From Candidatus Nomurabacteria bacterium (lineage in GTDB: Bacteria > Patescibacteriota > Minisyncoccia > Phycocordibacterales > UBA9973), in NCBI GenBank assembly GCA_023898605.1, contig CP060230.1, positions 3,944-67,943 of the forward strand: a stretch of 64,000 bases of DNA, in the 5' to 3' direction. The notes beneath the pieces were generated by a model, which worked only from the letters and a program-made list of their open reading frames with translations, had not been told where the DNA came from and did not search any database. Positions 20,502 to 31,771 of this stretch are shown here, in pieces (positions within the stretch are counted from its first letter, which is position 1; the number at the start of each line of letters is the position of its first letter). Position numbers and translations under genes: made by a program.

Positions 20502-21260
20502 ATGATTATAAATACTTACAAAAAAGAAGGCGAAACCCCGCTTGAGTGTATTTTGCGTTTGAGGCAAGAAGGCACTATAACCGAAAATGAAAAAGCAACT
20601 TATGCTGGGAGACTTGATCCTATGGCAGAAGGAGTTCTGGTTATCCTTTCCGGGCAAGATGTTCACCAAAAAGAAGAATATCTAAAACTAGATAAAGAAT
20701 ACGAGGTAGACATACTTTTTGGAGTTTCTACTGATACGGGAGATGTTCTTGGAATAATTCAAAATTCAAAATTCAAAAGTCAAAATAATTTTATATCATT
20801 TTCTGCGATAGCAGAAGATAATATAAAAGCGGCTCTAAGTAAATGCATCGGAAGTTTCGAGGAAGAGTACCCTGTGTATTCTTCGCGCACTGTTTCCGGT
20901 AAACCACTTTTTTCCTTGGCTCGTCTTGGACAGATTTTTCACACCCCAAAACATAAAGTCACTATACATTCTATTATTCTCAATAATGTCATAACTAGAA
21001 ATGGGAAAGATATAGCAGAAGAATCTATACAAAGGATTGCAAAAGTAAAAGGGGACTTCAGACAAAATGAAATAATTTCCCTGTGGGAAAAGTTTGCAGA
21101 TGAGTACAAAGCGGAAGATTTACAAATAATAAAAATAAAAGTTTCTTGCGCCAGTGGAGCATATATGAGAGTCCTTGCGGAAAAAATAGGCAAAGATCTC
21201 GGCACACCCTCGCTAGCTTATAGGATAAAGAGGACGAGAGTGGGAGAGTATAAAACTTGA
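20502..21260 (+). CDS. truB: tRNA pseudouridine(55) synthase-like (TruB family)
   Basis: AGRLDPMAEGVLVILSG matches the TruB catalytic motif (GTLDPLATGML), and KEYEVDILFG matches KRYRV. Confidence 0.6.
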   Translation: MIINTYKKEGETPLECILRLRQEGTITENEKATYAGRLDPMAEGVLVILSGQDVHQKEEYLKLDKEYEVDILFGVSTDTGDVLGIIQNSKFKSQNNFISFSAIAEDNIKAALSKCIGSFEEEYPVYSSRTVSGKPLFSLARLGQIFHTPKHKVTIHSIILNNVITRNGKDIAEESIQRIAKVKGDFRQNEIISLWEKFADEYKAEDLQIIKIKVSCASGAYMRVLAEKIGKDLGTPSLAYRIKRTRVGEYKT

Positions 21261-21287
21261 CATTTTGATATATATTGTGGTATAACG
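21258..21287 (+). promoter_or_regulatory. sigma70-like promoter
   Basis: A -35 TTGACA (21258-21263) is separated by an 18-nt spacer from a -10 TATAAC (21282-21287). It drives an orphan ~330-nt unit ending at the 21591-21627 terminator. Confidence 0.45.
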
Positions 21288-21590
21288 TAAACAAATGAGC
21301 TCTAATAAAAATTTTTCTGCAACTGGAATGTTTTCAGATGCAGTATCTTTTGGTTTCAAAATGGTCTATGAGGTCCTACTTTGGGTTGGTCGCTTGTTTA
21401 CTCACTTCAGGGTTTCGATTCAGAAATCTTGGTTTGAAAAAAAGAAGAATGACCAATCGGGATGGACACCTACTCAATCCTGGTTATTATTTACCTTTAT
21501 GTCCTTGGCGAGAATATCGATTTCTCCTATTAGGGCGCTTTCAAAGGCAAACCCGGTTTGGCCGCCTTCGAAACCAAAGAAGTAAAATAC

Positions 21591-21627
21591 GGATCTCCCT
21601 AAAGGAGATCCTTTTTCTTTTTTTATT
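21591..21627 (+). terminator. rho-independent terminator
   Basis: A ggatctccctaaaggagatcc hairpin is followed by tttttcttttttt. Confidence 0.6.
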
Positions 21628-21839
21628 TATTTGACATAAAACAAATTCTAGTATAGTATAAAGCCCGATTGAGATTGAGTTACGGGGGATTCAGTCAAAC
21701 TACTAATAGCATTTATTTTTGGCCAAGATGCTAAATAAAAAAGAGAGGTAAAACCAAAATTCGCTAAACAAGCAGAAGATGCTTGGCTTTTTTGCTTCTC
21801 TAAAAATTATAAGAGTTTTTAATAAAATTAATCAAAAAG

Positions 21840-24800
21840 ATGAGTTCAAAGACCAAAACACCACAAAAAAAGTTCTCAAAATACAGAGAGCCTTTCGTAA
21901 ACTATCCAAACCTTTTGGAGCATCAAGTCGATTCTTATAAGTGGTTCATAAAAGAAGGTATAGAAGAAATACTAAAAGAGTTTTCTCCTATAACAGATTA
22001 TTCTGGTAAAAAGTATGACCTAGAATTTTCAGACTTCACACTTTCTGAACCAAAAACAACTGAAGAGTTTGCAAAAGAAAACAAACTGACCTACGAAGCG
22101 ACACTCAAGGCTAGAGTAAAGCTTCTAAACAGGGTTATTGGTAATACAAAAGACCAAGAGATATTCATGACAGACATACCTCTTATGACACCTCACGGTA
22201 CATTTATCGTAAACGGTGTAGAAAGAGTTATAGTTCCTCAGCTGACAAGAAGTTTCGGTGTCTTCTTCACAGATCATGATATCAAAGGCAAAAAATACTT
22301 TGGTGCAAAAGTTATACCTTCTAGAGGTGTTTGGATTGAAATTGAGCAAGAACAAGATGAGGCCATATATGTAAGAATAGACAAGAAAAGAAAGTTCCCA
22401 ATCATCTCACTTCTAAGAACTATGGGAGCAGAAAGCGAGAAAGATCTACTTGCTCTTTTCGACAAGAAATATCATGACCAAATCAAGAGCATGATCGAGA
22501 AAGATCCTTCTAAAACTGCAATAGATGCATGTGTAGAAATATACAAAAAGCTTAGAGACGGAGATCTTGCTACCCCAGAAAACGCAAGAGAATATATAGA
22601 CTCTATATTTAGCGCAGAAAGATATGACTTAGCTGTTGTTGGACGATATCAATTCAACAAAAGATTCAAGAAAGACATAAGTCCAAAAACTCTAGAAAAC
22701 AGAACTCTTACAAAGGAAGATATGGCTCTTGTTATAGAACACGTTATCGAGTTATATAACACTCCAAACGCAAAGGGTGACGATATAGACCACTTGGCAC
22801 AAAGAAGAGTTAGATTCGTTGGTGAGCTTTTGCAACAAAAGTTCAGAACAGGTATGACTCAGATCAAGAGAAATATCCAAGATAGAATGTCTACTATAGA
22901 TGCTGCTACTGCACTTCCTATAAATATCATAAACCAAAAGCCACTACAGGCTAGAATAAAAGAATTCTTTACTACAAACCAACTTTCACAGTTTATGGAC
23001 CAAGAAAACATTCTTGCGGAACTAGAGCACTCAAGAATCATATCCGCACTTGGACCAGGAGGACTTGCAAAAGAAAGAGCTGGGCTAGAAGTTAGAGACG
23101 TTCACACATCTCACTACGGTAGAGTTTGTCCTATTCACACACCAGAAGGTCAAAACATCGGTCTTGTTCTTCACCTTGCAACATACGCAAGAGTAAACCA
23201 ATACGGAATTATCGAAACTCCATACATGAAGGTTGAGAAAGGAAAAGTTACAGGAGAAATCGAGTATCTAAACGCTCTAGAAGAAGAGGGTATGATAGTT
23301 GCTCACGCCGGAACAAAACTAGATGACAACGGAAAAATAGTTGAGCCGATAATCGAGGCCAGAATCAAGACTTCACCAGGACTTATCGAAAGAGAAAAAG
23401 TTGACTATATAGATGTTGCTACAAATCAACCTCTATCTATTGCGACTTCTATGATTCCTTTCCTAGAACACAATGACGCGAACAGAGCGCTCATGGGATC
23501 TAACATGCAAAAACAAGCGGTACCTTGTATCGTTCCAGAAAAACCAGTTGTTGCAACAGGTATAGAGGAAGCCATTGCTAGATATTCAGGAAGACTTGTT
23601 ATAGCTGGAGAAGACGGAGAAATAGTAGAAGTAGACGGAAATAAAATAACTCTAAAAGGAAAAGAAAAGACAACTTACAAGCTTTCTACATTTTCTAGAA
23701 CAAACAAATTCTCTTTGTTCCACCAAAGACCTATAGTTTCTGTTGGACAAAAAGTGAAAAAAGGTGACGTTCTAGCCGACACATCATCCACAGTAGACGG
23801 ACAAGCATCTATCGGACAAAACGTTAGAGTTGCTTTCATGTCATTTAACGGATCAAACTACGAGGACGCGATAATCCTATCTGAAAGACTTGTTCAAAAT
23901 GCAAAGTTTACTTCTATCTATCTAGATGAGTTAACTTGTGTTGTTAGAGATACAAAACTCGGACCAGAAGTAACAACAAGAGATATACCAAACGTTGGAG
24001 AAAATAAACTAAAAGATCTAGACGAAGAAGGTGTTGTTAGAATCGGTGCAGAAGTTAGAGAAGGAGATATACTAGTTGGTAAAATTACTCCAAAGGGAGA
24101 AACAGAACTAACTCCAGAAGAGAGGCTGCTTAGATCTATCTTTGCTGAAAAAGCACGTGATGTAAAAGACTCATCTCTAAGAATGCCAAACGGTAAAAGA
24201 GGTAGAGTTATTTCTATCAAGATATTCTCTAGAGAAAGAGGCGATCAACTAGAATCAGGTGTTATCAAGAAAATAGTTATCGAAGTTGCTCAAGTTAGAA
24301 ACATATCAGTCGGAGACAAGCTTGCTGGACGACACGGTAACAAGGGAGTTATCTCAACAATACTTCCAGTAGAAGATATGCCATACGATGAAAACGGTGA
24401 TCCAGTAGATGCAATCCTTACACCACTTGGTATACCTTCTCGTATGAACCTAGGACAGATTCTAGAAATGCACCTTGGTATAGCTGCTGAAACACTCGGC
24501 TACCAAGCTATAGTTCCTCCTTTCTGTGGAGCTACAGTAGAAGAAATAAGTGATGAGCTAGAAAAAGCAGGGTTCCCAAGAAGTGGACAGATACCTCTAT
24601 ACGACGGAAAGACAGGAGAAAAATTCGATAAAGATATCGCAGTTGGAATCATGTATATCTTGAAACTTCACCACATGGTAGAAGACAAGATTGCTATGCG
24701 TTCTATCGGACCATACTCACTTATCACTCAACAACCACTACAAGGTAAAGCTCAAGGTGGAGGACAAAGATTTGGAGAAATGGAAGTCTGGGCACTAGAA

Positions 24801-25022
24801 GGTTACGGAGCCTCTTATACACTAAGAGAAATGCTTACATACAAGTCTGATGACATCGTTGGTCGAACTCAGGCTTTTGATTCGATTATCAAAGGTAAAA
24901 ACATAAGTCAGGTAAACGCACCGGCTTCATTCCAAGTGATGCTCAATTACTTGAGAGGTCTGTCTCTAGATGTTGAACTTCAAAACGAAACATCAAAACC
25001 TGTCGAAGAAACCGAGAATTAA
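21840..25022 (+). CDS. rpoB: DNA-directed RNA polymerase beta subunit
   Basis: This is a 1060-aa protein with conserved rpoB blocks including the GDK..AGRHGNKGV motif. Confidence 0.95.
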   Translation: MSSKTKTPQKKFSKYREPFVNYPNLLEHQVDSYKWFIKEGIEEILKEFSPITDYSGKKYDLEFSDFTLSEPKTTEEFAKENKLTYEATLKARVKLLNRVIGNTKDQEIFMTDIPLMTPHGTFIVNGVERVIVPQLTRSFGVFFTDHDIKGKKYFGAKVIPSRGVWIEIEQEQDEAIYVRIDKKRKFPIISLLRTMGAESEKDLLALFDKKYHDQIKSMIEKDPSKTAIDACVEIYKKLRDGDLATPENAREYIDSIFSAERYDLAVVGRYQFNKRFKKDISPKTLENRTLTKEDMALVIEHVIELYNTPNAKGDDIDHLAQRRVRFVGELLQQKFRTGMTQIKRNIQDRMSTIDAATALPINIINQKPLQARIKEFFTTNQLSQFMDQENILAELEHSRIISALGPGGLAKERAGLEVRDVHTSHYGRVCPIHTPEGQNIGLVLHLATYARVNQYGIIETPYMKVEKGKVTGEIEYLNALEEEGMIVAHAGTKLDDNGKIVEPIIEARIKTSPGLIEREKVDYIDVATNQPLSIATSMIPFLEHNDANRALMGSNMQKQAVPCIVPEKPVVATGIEEAIARYSGRLVIAGEDGEIVEVDGNKITLKGKEKTTYKLSTFSRTNKFSLFHQRPIVSVGQKVKKGDVLADTSSTVDGQASIGQNVRVAFMSFNGSNYEDAIILSERLVQNAKFTSIYLDELTCVVRDTKLGPEVTTRDIPNVGENKLKDLDEEGVVRIGAEVREGDILVGKITPKGETELTPEERLLRSIFAEKARDVKDSSLRMPNGKRGRVISIKIFSRERGDQLESGVIKKIVIEVAQVRNISVGDKLAGRHGNKGVISTILPVEDMPYDENGDPVDAILTPLGIPSRMNLGQILEMHLGIAAETLGYQAIVPPFCGATVEEISDELEKAGFPRSGQIPLYDGKTGEKFDKDIAVGIMYILKLHHMVEDKIAMRSIGPYSLITQQPLQGKAQGGGQRFGEMEVWALEGYGASYTLREMLTYKSDDIVGRTQAFDSIIKGKNISQVNAPASFQVMLNYLRGLSLDVELQNETSKPVEETEN

Positions 25023-25047
25023 TCAAACTTAACTAATCAAAAAATAT

Positions 25048-28000
25048 ATGAAAACACTAAAACTAAACAATTTTGATTCGATAGGGATAAAGCTGGCTTC
25101 TCCGGATGCTATAAGAGATTGGTCTTATGGTGAAGTTACAAAGCCGGAAACTATCAACTACAGAACAGGTAGAAGTGAGAGAAACGGTCTTTTCGACGAA
25201 AGAATATTTGGTCCAGAGAAAGACTACGAATGTTATTGTGGTAAATACAAGAGAATAAGATTCCAAGGTGTTGTTTGTGAAAAATGTGGAGTTGAAGTAA
25301 CAAGAGCTATTGTTAGAAGAGAAAGAATGGGTCACATTGAACTTTCTACACCTGTTGCACACATCTGGTACTTGAAAGCTATTCCTTCAAGAATGTCTAC
25401 ACTTCTTGGTATTGCAGCTGGTGACCTAGAGAAAGTAGTGTACTTTGCAGGTTACATAGTTACAAAAGTTCACGAGGAAGAAAAAGCTAGAGTTCTAAAA
25501 GAGATAGATCAAGAATACAAACAAAAAATCAAGTCTATAGAAGATGAGAAAGACAGAGAGAAACTAAAAGAACTATTCCTTTCTGCAAAAAAAGAAATAG
25601 CAGAAATACAAATAGGAAAGGTTTGGGGAGAAATAAACTATCACCACTTCTCTATCAAGTACGGTGCATGTTTCGAGGCTTCTATCGGTGCTGAAGCAAT
25701 ATACAACATAATGAAATCTCTAGATCTAGAGAAGGAACTAGAAAGAACTCTACTTGCTATTGAAGATGCAGGTAAAATGGAAAAAGAGAAGTTGAAGAAG
25801 AAACTTGCCCTTGTTAGATCTATGATCAAGGCAAACATAAGACCAGAATGGATGTTCCTAACAGTTCTTCCTGTTATTCCTCCAGGACTTAGACCTATGG
25901 TTGCTATAGACGGAGGAAAGCACGCAACTTCAGATATAAACGACCTCTACAGAAGAGTTATAAACAGAAATAACAGACTTAAGAAACTAAAAGAGATTCA
26001 TGCTCCAGACGTGATCTTGAGAAACGAAAAAAGAATCTTACAAGAAGCTGTAGACGCTCTTATAGATAACTCTATGTGTCAGTCTTCAGACTCACAAGCA
26101 ATGTCCAAGAGTCAAAAGAGAGCACTTAAATCTCTTTCTGATAACTTGAAGAGTAAACAAGGTCTTTTCAGACAAAACCTACTTGGTAAGAGAGTGGACT
26201 ACTCAGGTAGATCAGTTATTGTGGTTGGTCCACAACTTAGACTCAATCAATGTGGTCTTCCAAAACACATGGCACTAGAGCTATTTAGACCATTTATAAT
26301 CTCAAAACTAGTTGAGAGAGAATACGCATACAATATAAGAGGTGCAAACAGACTTATAGATGATCAAGTTCCAGAAGTTTGGGCAATACTAGAAGAAGTA
26401 ATACAAAACAAATTTGTTCTTCTTAACCGTGCTCCAACTCTTCACAGACTTGGTATTCAAGCTTTCAATCCTACACTTATCGAGGGTAATGCTGTACAAC
26501 TTCACCCGCTAGTTTGTCAGGCTTTCAACGCTGACTTCGACGGAGACACAATGTCAGTTTATGTTCCTCTTTCAAAAGAAGCACAGAAAGAATCAGAAAT
26601 GTATATCTGTTCTGCAAAGAACCTACTTAAGCCTGCAAACGGAGATCCTATTGCTAACCCTAGAATGGACATGGTTTTGGGATGTTTCTGGATGACAAAA
26701 TCAGTAGATGGAGAAAAGGGTGAAGGTGCTTACTTCACAAGTCCAAACCACGCAATACTTATGTATGACTTCCGAGAGGTTGGTATACACGCAAAAATAT
26801 TTGTTATGCCTACTGATAAGGAGAAATACAGTATATTTGGAGGTAAGGTATTTGAAACAACAGTTGGAAGACTACTCTTCAATACTATACTTCCTGAAGA
26901 CTTCCCGTATGTAAACGAAGAAATTACAGCTGGAAAAGTTTCAAAACTTGTAGATGAATTCATCCTCAAGTATGGAATAGACGAAACACCAAAATTCCTA
27001 GACAAGATCAAGGAGTTCGGTTTCAAGTATGCAACAAAGAGTGGTACAACTTGGAGTATTGCAAACGTTCGTGTTCCAGAAGAAAAGAAAGACATAATTG
27101 AAGCATCTAGAAAGAAAGAGGCAGAAATCGTATCACAATGGCAAGAAGGTCTTCTTTCTCAAGAAGAAAAGTATAGAAAAGTTATCGAGATATGGGACAA
27201 GGCAAAGGGAGACGTTGAGGCTCTCTTGGCTAGAGACTTGGACAAGGGAAGTTCTACATACGACCTTATACATCCGAAAGCTAGAGGTTCTATGTCTAAC
27301 ATTTCTCAGATGGCTGGTATGAAGGGTCTTATCCAAAACACTACAGGTAGAATTATCGATTATCCGATCATTCCATCTTATACAGAGGGTCTTTCTCCTA
27401 TACAATACTTCATCTCAACTCACGGTTCACGTAAGGGTCTAGCCGACACCGCTCTAAACACAGCGAAGGCGGGATACCTAACAAGAAGACTTGTTGATGT
27501 TGCACAAGACGTTGTGATAACAGAAGAAGACTGTAAGACTACAGAAGGAAAAACTCTAACAAAAGAAAATATTTCTGGTATAGAAATATCTCTATCTAAA
27601 AATATAAGAGGTAGAGTTCTTGCAGAACCTATCAAAGACCAAAAAGGAGAGGTTGTATTCAAGAAGGGTCACATGATAACAAAAGAACAAGCTGATGAAA
27701 TAGAGGCTATGGGAGTAGAAGAAGTTATCGTTAGAACTCCTATGACATGTAAAACAAAGTATGGTGTTTGCCAAAAATGTTACGGTCTAGATCTTGGTAG
27801 AAATGAACTTGTAAAAGACGGAGAAGCTATCGGTATAATCGCAGCACAAGCTATCGGTGAACCTGGTACACAGCTTACACTTAGAACATTCCACGCCGGA
27901 GGTGTTGCTGGATCTGACATTACACAAGGTCTTCCTAGAGTTGAAGAAATCTTCGAAAGAAGAGCACCTAAGAATCCAGCTACTATATCAGAGACAAGTG

Positions 28001-28677
28001 GTGAGGTTATCGACATCGTTGATACTCCTACAGAAAAAAGAATTACTGTTCTTTCTGATACAAAGAGAGATGGAAAACCAAACGAAATAGTTTATGAAGT
28101 AAACTACCCTAGACTTATCGCTGTAAAGAAGGGAGAAATTGTAAAGAAAGGACAACTTCTTACAGATGGTTCTGCAGATATTTCAGAAATATTAAAATTT
28201 GGAGGAAAGGAAATGGCAGAAGACTATATCGTAAACGAAATAAACAAAGTTTACGAGCTTCAGAGTGCGTCTATCTCTAGAAAGCATATAGAGATAATCA
28301 TAAGACAAATGTTCTCTAGAAAGAGAGTCAAAGATTCTGGAGACACTACATTTTCTCCAGGAGAGCTTGTAGAATCACTAGAACTTGAAGAAGAAAACGA
28401 TTCAGTTATTGAAAGCGGTGGTAAGCCTGCTACTTTCGAAAACTTGGTTCTTGGAATAAGTGAAGTTTCTCTTACAACAAAGAGCTGGCTATCTGCTGCT
28501 TCATTCCAAAACACAAACAAGGTTCTTATCAACAATGCCATGAAGGGTGGTATAGATAGACTGAGAGGTCTAAAAGAAAACGTAATCATCGGTAGACTGA
28601 TACCAGCTGGTACCGGTTTCAGAGGTGAACTAGAAGGTCTATTTGTAGACGAAGATACAGAAGAGTACGCTGATTAA
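25048..28677 (+). CDS. rpoC: DNA-directed RNA polymerase beta' subunit
   Basis: The 1209-aa protein carries the Zn-binding CxxC..CxxC, the catalytic NADFDGD motif, and trigger loop/bridge helix regions. Confidence 0.95.
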   Translation: MKTLKLNNFDSIGIKLASPDAIRDWSYGEVTKPETINYRTGRSERNGLFDERIFGPEKDYECYCGKYKRIRFQGVVCEKCGVEVTRAIVRRERMGHIELSTPVAHIWYLKAIPSRMSTLLGIAAGDLEKVVYFAGYIVTKVHEEEKARVLKEIDQEYKQKIKSIEDEKDREKLKELFLSAKKEIAEIQIGKVWGEINYHHFSIKYGACFEASIGAEAIYNIMKSLDLEKELERTLLAIEDAGKMEKEKLKKKLALVRSMIKANIRPEWMFLTVLPVIPPGLRPMVAIDGGKHATSDINDLYRRVINRNNRLKKLKEIHAPDVILRNEKRILQEAVDALIDNSMCQSSDSQAMSKSQKRALKSLSDNLKSKQGLFRQNLLGKRVDYSGRSVIVVGPQLRLNQCGLPKHMALELFRPFIISKLVEREYAYNIRGANRLIDDQVPEVWAILEEVIQNKFVLLNRAPTLHRLGIQAFNPTLIEGNAVQLHPLVCQAFNADFDGDTMSVYVPLSKEAQKESEMYICSAKNLLKPANGDPIANPRMDMVLGCFWMTKSVDGEKGEGAYFTSPNHAILMYDFREVGIHAKIFVMPTDKEKYSIFGGKVFETTVGRLLFNTILPEDFPYVNEEITAGKVSKLVDEFILKYGIDETPKFLDKIKEFGFKYATKSGTTWSIANVRVPEEKKDIIEASRKKEAEIVSQWQEGLLSQEEKYRKVIEIWDKAKGDVEALLARDLDKGSSTYDLIHPKARGSMSNISQMAGMKGLIQNTTGRIIDYPIIPSYTEGLSPIQYFISTHGSRKGLADTALNTAKAGYLTRRLVDVAQDVVITEEDCKTTEGKTLTKENISGIEISLSKNIRGRVLAEPIKDQKGEVVFKKGHMITKEQADEIEAMGVEEVIVRTPMTCKTKYGVCQKCYGLDLGRNELVKDGEAIGIIAAQAIGEPGTQLTLRTFHAGGVAGSDITQGLPRVEEIFERRAPKNPATISETSGEVIDIVDTPTEKRITVLSDTKRDGKPNEIVYEVNYPRLIAVKKGEIVKKGQLLTDGSADISEILKFGGKEMAEDYIVNEINKVYELQSASISRKHIEIIIRQMFSRKRVKDSGDTTFSPGELVESLELEEENDSVIESGGKPATFENLVLGISEVSLTTKSWLSAASFQNTNKVLINNAMKGGIDRLRGLKENVIIGRLIPAGTGFRGELEGLFVDEDTEEYAD

Positions 28678-28697
28678 GTTTTCTCGCTTCTAAAATT

Positions 28698-30473
28698 ATG
28701 CGAGATACAGTTTCAAAAATAAAAGAATCTATATCTATCGAAGATGTTATAGGTTCTTATATAAAACTGGAAAAAGCAGGATCTAACCTGAAGGCGGTTT
28801 GTCCTTTTCACAAAGAAAAGACACCTTCCTTTATGGTTTCTCCTTCTCGCGGTTCTTATTATTGTTTTGGCTGTGGTGCCAAGGGTGACATATTTAGTTT
28901 TGTTGAAGCTTTCGAGGGTCTCGATTTCAAAAGGGCTCTCGAGGTTTTGGCAAAAAGAGCGGGTGTTCCTATAACATACGAAAGAAGTGAAAAAAGCAAC
29001 AAAAAAGACAAGCTTTATGAAATCATGGAAGAAGCTACAATCTTTTTTGAAAACAACTTGAAAGACATGCCTATTGCCTCGAAATATCTTTTGGATAGGG
29101 GGGTTAAAAGTGAAAGTATAGACAAGTTTAGAATAGGCTTCGCATTAGATTCTTGGGACGCGCTTTATAAGCATCTTTCGTCTTCTGGGTTTTCTACAGA
29201 AGATATAAATCTTGCGGGCCTTATAAAAGAGGGAAATAAATCTGGTCAGTTTTATGACAGATTTCGTTCTAGGATTGTTTTCCCTTTGTGTGATTCATCT
29301 GGAAGAGTGATAGCTTTTTCTGGGAGATATCTGGAGGTCCCAGGAAATAGTAGTGGCAAAGATATTGAACCAGCAAAGTACTTGAATAGTCCTGAAACTC
29401 CGATTTTTTCAAAAGGCGCAAGTTTTTATGGTATAAATCTTGCCAAAAACAAAATAAGAGAAAAAAAGAGTGCGATTATTGTAGAGGGACAGTTTGACCT
29501 AGTTCTTTCTCATCAGTTTGGTTTTGAAAACACAATAGCAACAAGCGGTACAGCTTTTTCTGTAAATGAAAAAAACGAAGACCTTGGAGGGCTAACTCAC
29601 TTTGGAATGATAAAAAATATCGCCGAAAAGATAATACTGGCTTTTGACGGAGATAAGGCGGGAATAAGAGCTTCTTATAGGGCCACAGATTTGGCTCTAG
29701 AGAAGGGTTTATCTGTTGAAATAGTCACTATTCCAACTGACGAAGATCCGGCCGATATATTGAAGAAAGACAGTGCTAGGTGGGGTGAAATATTGTCTCA
29801 TGGAAAAGACGCAACACTTTTCTTTTCAGAATTTTTGAGAGAAAAAAGCAAAAACAAAGAAGACTTGGCGAAAAATATCTATACAAAGATAGTTCCACTT
29901 CTTTCAAAAATAGACAGCGAAATAGTTCGAAAAGAAAAAATAAATACAATTTCTTCCAAACTAGATTTAGATAGTTTGAGCATAGAAAAAGATGTAGATA
30001 ATTATCTAAGAAAAAATATCAAGACGTCTTATATCGACGAGAGAAGTTCAAGTGAAGATTTGCCAGAAAGAAAAGATAGAGGAGATATAGCATCTCAAGC
30101 GTTGGGGCTTCTATTTTATCTATATGGAAGTGAAGATAAACAAAAAGAGACAGAAGAATACGAAAAACAAATCAAGGCAATACTGGGAGATGAATACGAA
30201 TCTTATAAATCACTCGCAGAGAGTCGGAAAGAAGAACTACTTTTTTCTCTCGATAATGAAATTGCATCTAGAGAAGTAGGATCATCTATATTTGAAGAGG
30301 TCTTGATAAATCTTGAAGAATCGGTAGGATGGGATAGGCTGGATAAACTCAGGGAAGAAATAGATAGGGCCGAAGAACTGGGAGACGAATCAGAAGCTCT
30401 AGAGAAAATAAAACAGTTTGTGGATCAAAGAAAAAAATTAGATGTATTAATAGAAAAAAGAACTAAATTATAA
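28698..30473 (+). CDS. dnaG: DNA primase
   Basis: The Zn-finger [16 protein letters not shown] is followed by a Toprim domain ([16 protein letters not shown]). Confidence 0.9.
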   Translation: MRDTVSKIKESISIEDVIGSYIKLEKAGSNLKAVCPFHKEKTPSFMVSPSRGSYYCFGCGAKGDIFSFVEAFEGLDFKRALEVLAKRAGVPITYERSEKSNKKDKLYEIMEEATIFFENNLKDMPIASKYLLDRGVKSESIDKFRIGFALDSWDALYKHLSSSGFSTEDINLAGLIKEGNKSGQFYDRFRSRIVFPLCDSSGRVIAFSGRYLEVPGNSSGKDIEPAKYLNSPETPIFSKGASFYGINLAKNKIREKKSAIIVEGQFDLVLSHQFGFENTIATSGTAFSVNEKNEDLGGLTHFGMIKNIAEKIILAFDGDKAGIRASYRATDLALEKGLSVEIVTIPTDEDPADILKKDSARWGEILSHGKDATLFFSEFLREKSKNKEDLAKNIYTKIVPLLSKIDSEIVRKEKINTISSKLDLDSLSIEKDVDNYLRKNIKTSYIDERSSSEDLPERKDRGDIASQALGLLFYLYGSEDKQKETEEYEKQIKAILGDEYESYKSLAESRKEELLFSLDNEIASREVGSSIFEEVLINLEESVGWDRLDKLREEIDRAEELGDESEALEKIKQFVDQRKKLDVLIEKRTKL

Positions 30474-30475
30474 AT

Positions 30476-31771
30476 ATGAAAAGTAAAACAAAAAAAACAA
30501 CTAAAAAAGTGGCAAAGAAAACTGCAAAGAAAGCAGTAAAAAAAGCTCCAAAGAAGGCAGCCAAAAAGGCTCCTAAAAAAGCATCTAAGAAAAAAGTGGC
30601 AAAGAAAACTGCAAAGAAAGCAGTAAAAAAAGCTCCAAAGAAGGCAGCCAAAAAAACAGTAAAAAAATCCGCACCAAAAAGAGGTAAGAAAAAACAAGAA
30701 GATCTCGACACAAAAAAATCCCAGATGATAGAGAAGGGAAAAAAGAGAGGTTTTATAACATACGATGAAATTCTAAAAGAATTTCCAAATATTGAACAAG
30801 ACATACCATTTCTAGAGGCACTATATGAGGACATGAATATTTCCGGAATAGACGTTCTAGAAGGAGGAAATATACTTGATCTGGATCAAGATAAAAACGA
30901 TATATCAAAATACCTTTCTCCAAGAGAGATTTCCCAATATGACTCTATACAAATATATCTAAAAGAAATCGGACAATATCCACTTTTGTCTGCGGCTGAA
31001 GAGAGAGAGCTCGCTAAAAGAATAGAAAAAGGTGACGATGAAGCAAAAAACCTTCTAGCCAGAAGCAACCTTCGTCTTGTTGTTTCTATCGCCAAGAAGT
31101 ATGTTGGTAGATCAAGCGACCTTACTCTTTTAGACCTTATACAAGAAGGAAACTTGGGTCTTTTCAAAGCGGTAGAGAAGTTTGATTGGACAAAAGGTTA
31201 CAAGTTCTCAACTTATGCTACTTGGTGGATAAGACAATCTATAACTCGTGCTATTGCCGACCAGTCTAGAACTATCAGAATACCAGTTCATATGGTTGAA
31301 ACTATTTCAAAATACAAACAAGTTGTAAGAAGACTTTCTCAAGATCTTGGTAGAGATCCACTCCCACAAGAAATTGCTACAGAAATGGGAATAGACGTAG
31401 AAAAAGTTCACGTTATAGAAACAATAAACCAAGAAACAGTTTCCCTAGAAAAGCCTATAGGAAACGACGGAGATGAGAAGTCTACAAAGGGTGAGTTTAT
31501 CCCAGATGAAAAGATACTAAGACCAGACCAAGAAGTTTCTAGAAATCTTCTTTCTGAACAAATAAGAGAAGTTCTAGAGGAACTTTCTCCAAAAGAGAAA
31601 AAGATTCTAGAAATGAGATATGGTATAAACACCGGTGTTCAGCACACCTTGGAAGAAGTTGGTAGGGAGTTTAATGTTACTCGTGAGCGTATCAGACAAA
31701 TCGAGGCCAAGGTTCACGACAAGCTAAGACAAAACGAAAAAATCCAAAGACTAAAGAACTATTTTGATTAA
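30476..31771 (+). CDS. rpoD: RNA polymerase sigma-70 factor with a Lys/Ala-rich histone-H1-like N-terminal repeat region
   Basis: Regions 1.2-4.2 are present ([45 protein letters not shown]). The N-terminal ~65 aa are (A/V)KK(A/T)-type repeats. Confidence 0.9.
   Translation: MKSKTKKTTKKVAKKTAKKAVKKAPKKAAKKAPKKASKKKVAKKTAKKAVKKAPKKAAKKTVKKSAPKRGKKKQEDLDTKKSQMIEKGKKRGFITYDEILKEFPNIEQDIPFLEALYEDMNISGIDVLEGGNILDLDQDKNDISKYLSPREISQYDSIQIYLKEIGQYPLLSAAEERELAKRIEKGDDEAKNLLARSNLRLVVSIAKKYVGRSSDLTLLDLIQEGNLGLFKAVEKFDWTKGYKFSTYATWWIRQSITRAIADQSRTIRIPVHMVETISKYKQVVRRLSQDLGRDPLPQEIATEMGIDVEKVHVIETINQETVSLEKPIGNDGDEKSTKGEFIPDEKILRPDQEVSRNLLSEQIREVLEELSPKEKKILEMRYGINTGVQHTLEEVGREFNVTRERIRQIEAKVHDKLRQNEKIQRLKNYFD
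30509..30658 (+). repeat. in-frame tandem duplication inside rpoD with an 87-bp period
   Basis: A ~63-bp segment, gtggcaaagaaaactgcaaagaaagcagtaaaaaaagctccaaagaaggcagccaaaaa, occurs twice 87 bp apart. It encodes [20 protein letters not shown]. Confidence 0.7.

Noticed and set aside
21290-21620. RNase P RNA upstream of rpoB, suggested by its size of ~330 nt
   Set aside because: Only a weak resemblance to CR-IV (caaacccggtttgg versus ACAGAACCCGGCUUA) was found. The P4/CR-I GGAAAGUCCGGGC and CR-II AGGGUGAAA blocks are absent.
21295-21634. Treating the 96-aa and 98-aa ORFs upstream of rpoB as confident protein-coding genes
   Set aside because: There is no RBS, the regions are composition-biased, and the ORFs overlap each other. 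They were kept only as part of an uncertain promoter-to-terminator unit rather than annotated as CDS.
22125-28589. Numerous 60-120 aa ORFs antisense to rpoB and rpoC
   Set aside because: They are embedded opposite highly conserved long genes and are typical shadow ORFs.
30425-30834. Cys/Phe-rich minus-strand ORFs overlapping rpoD and a suspicion of a CRISPR-like array from the periodic repeats
   Set aside because: The repeats are an in-frame 87-bp coding duplication of lysine/alanine codons inside rpoD. There are no unique spacers. The antisense ORFs are artefacts of the A/G-rich repeat.
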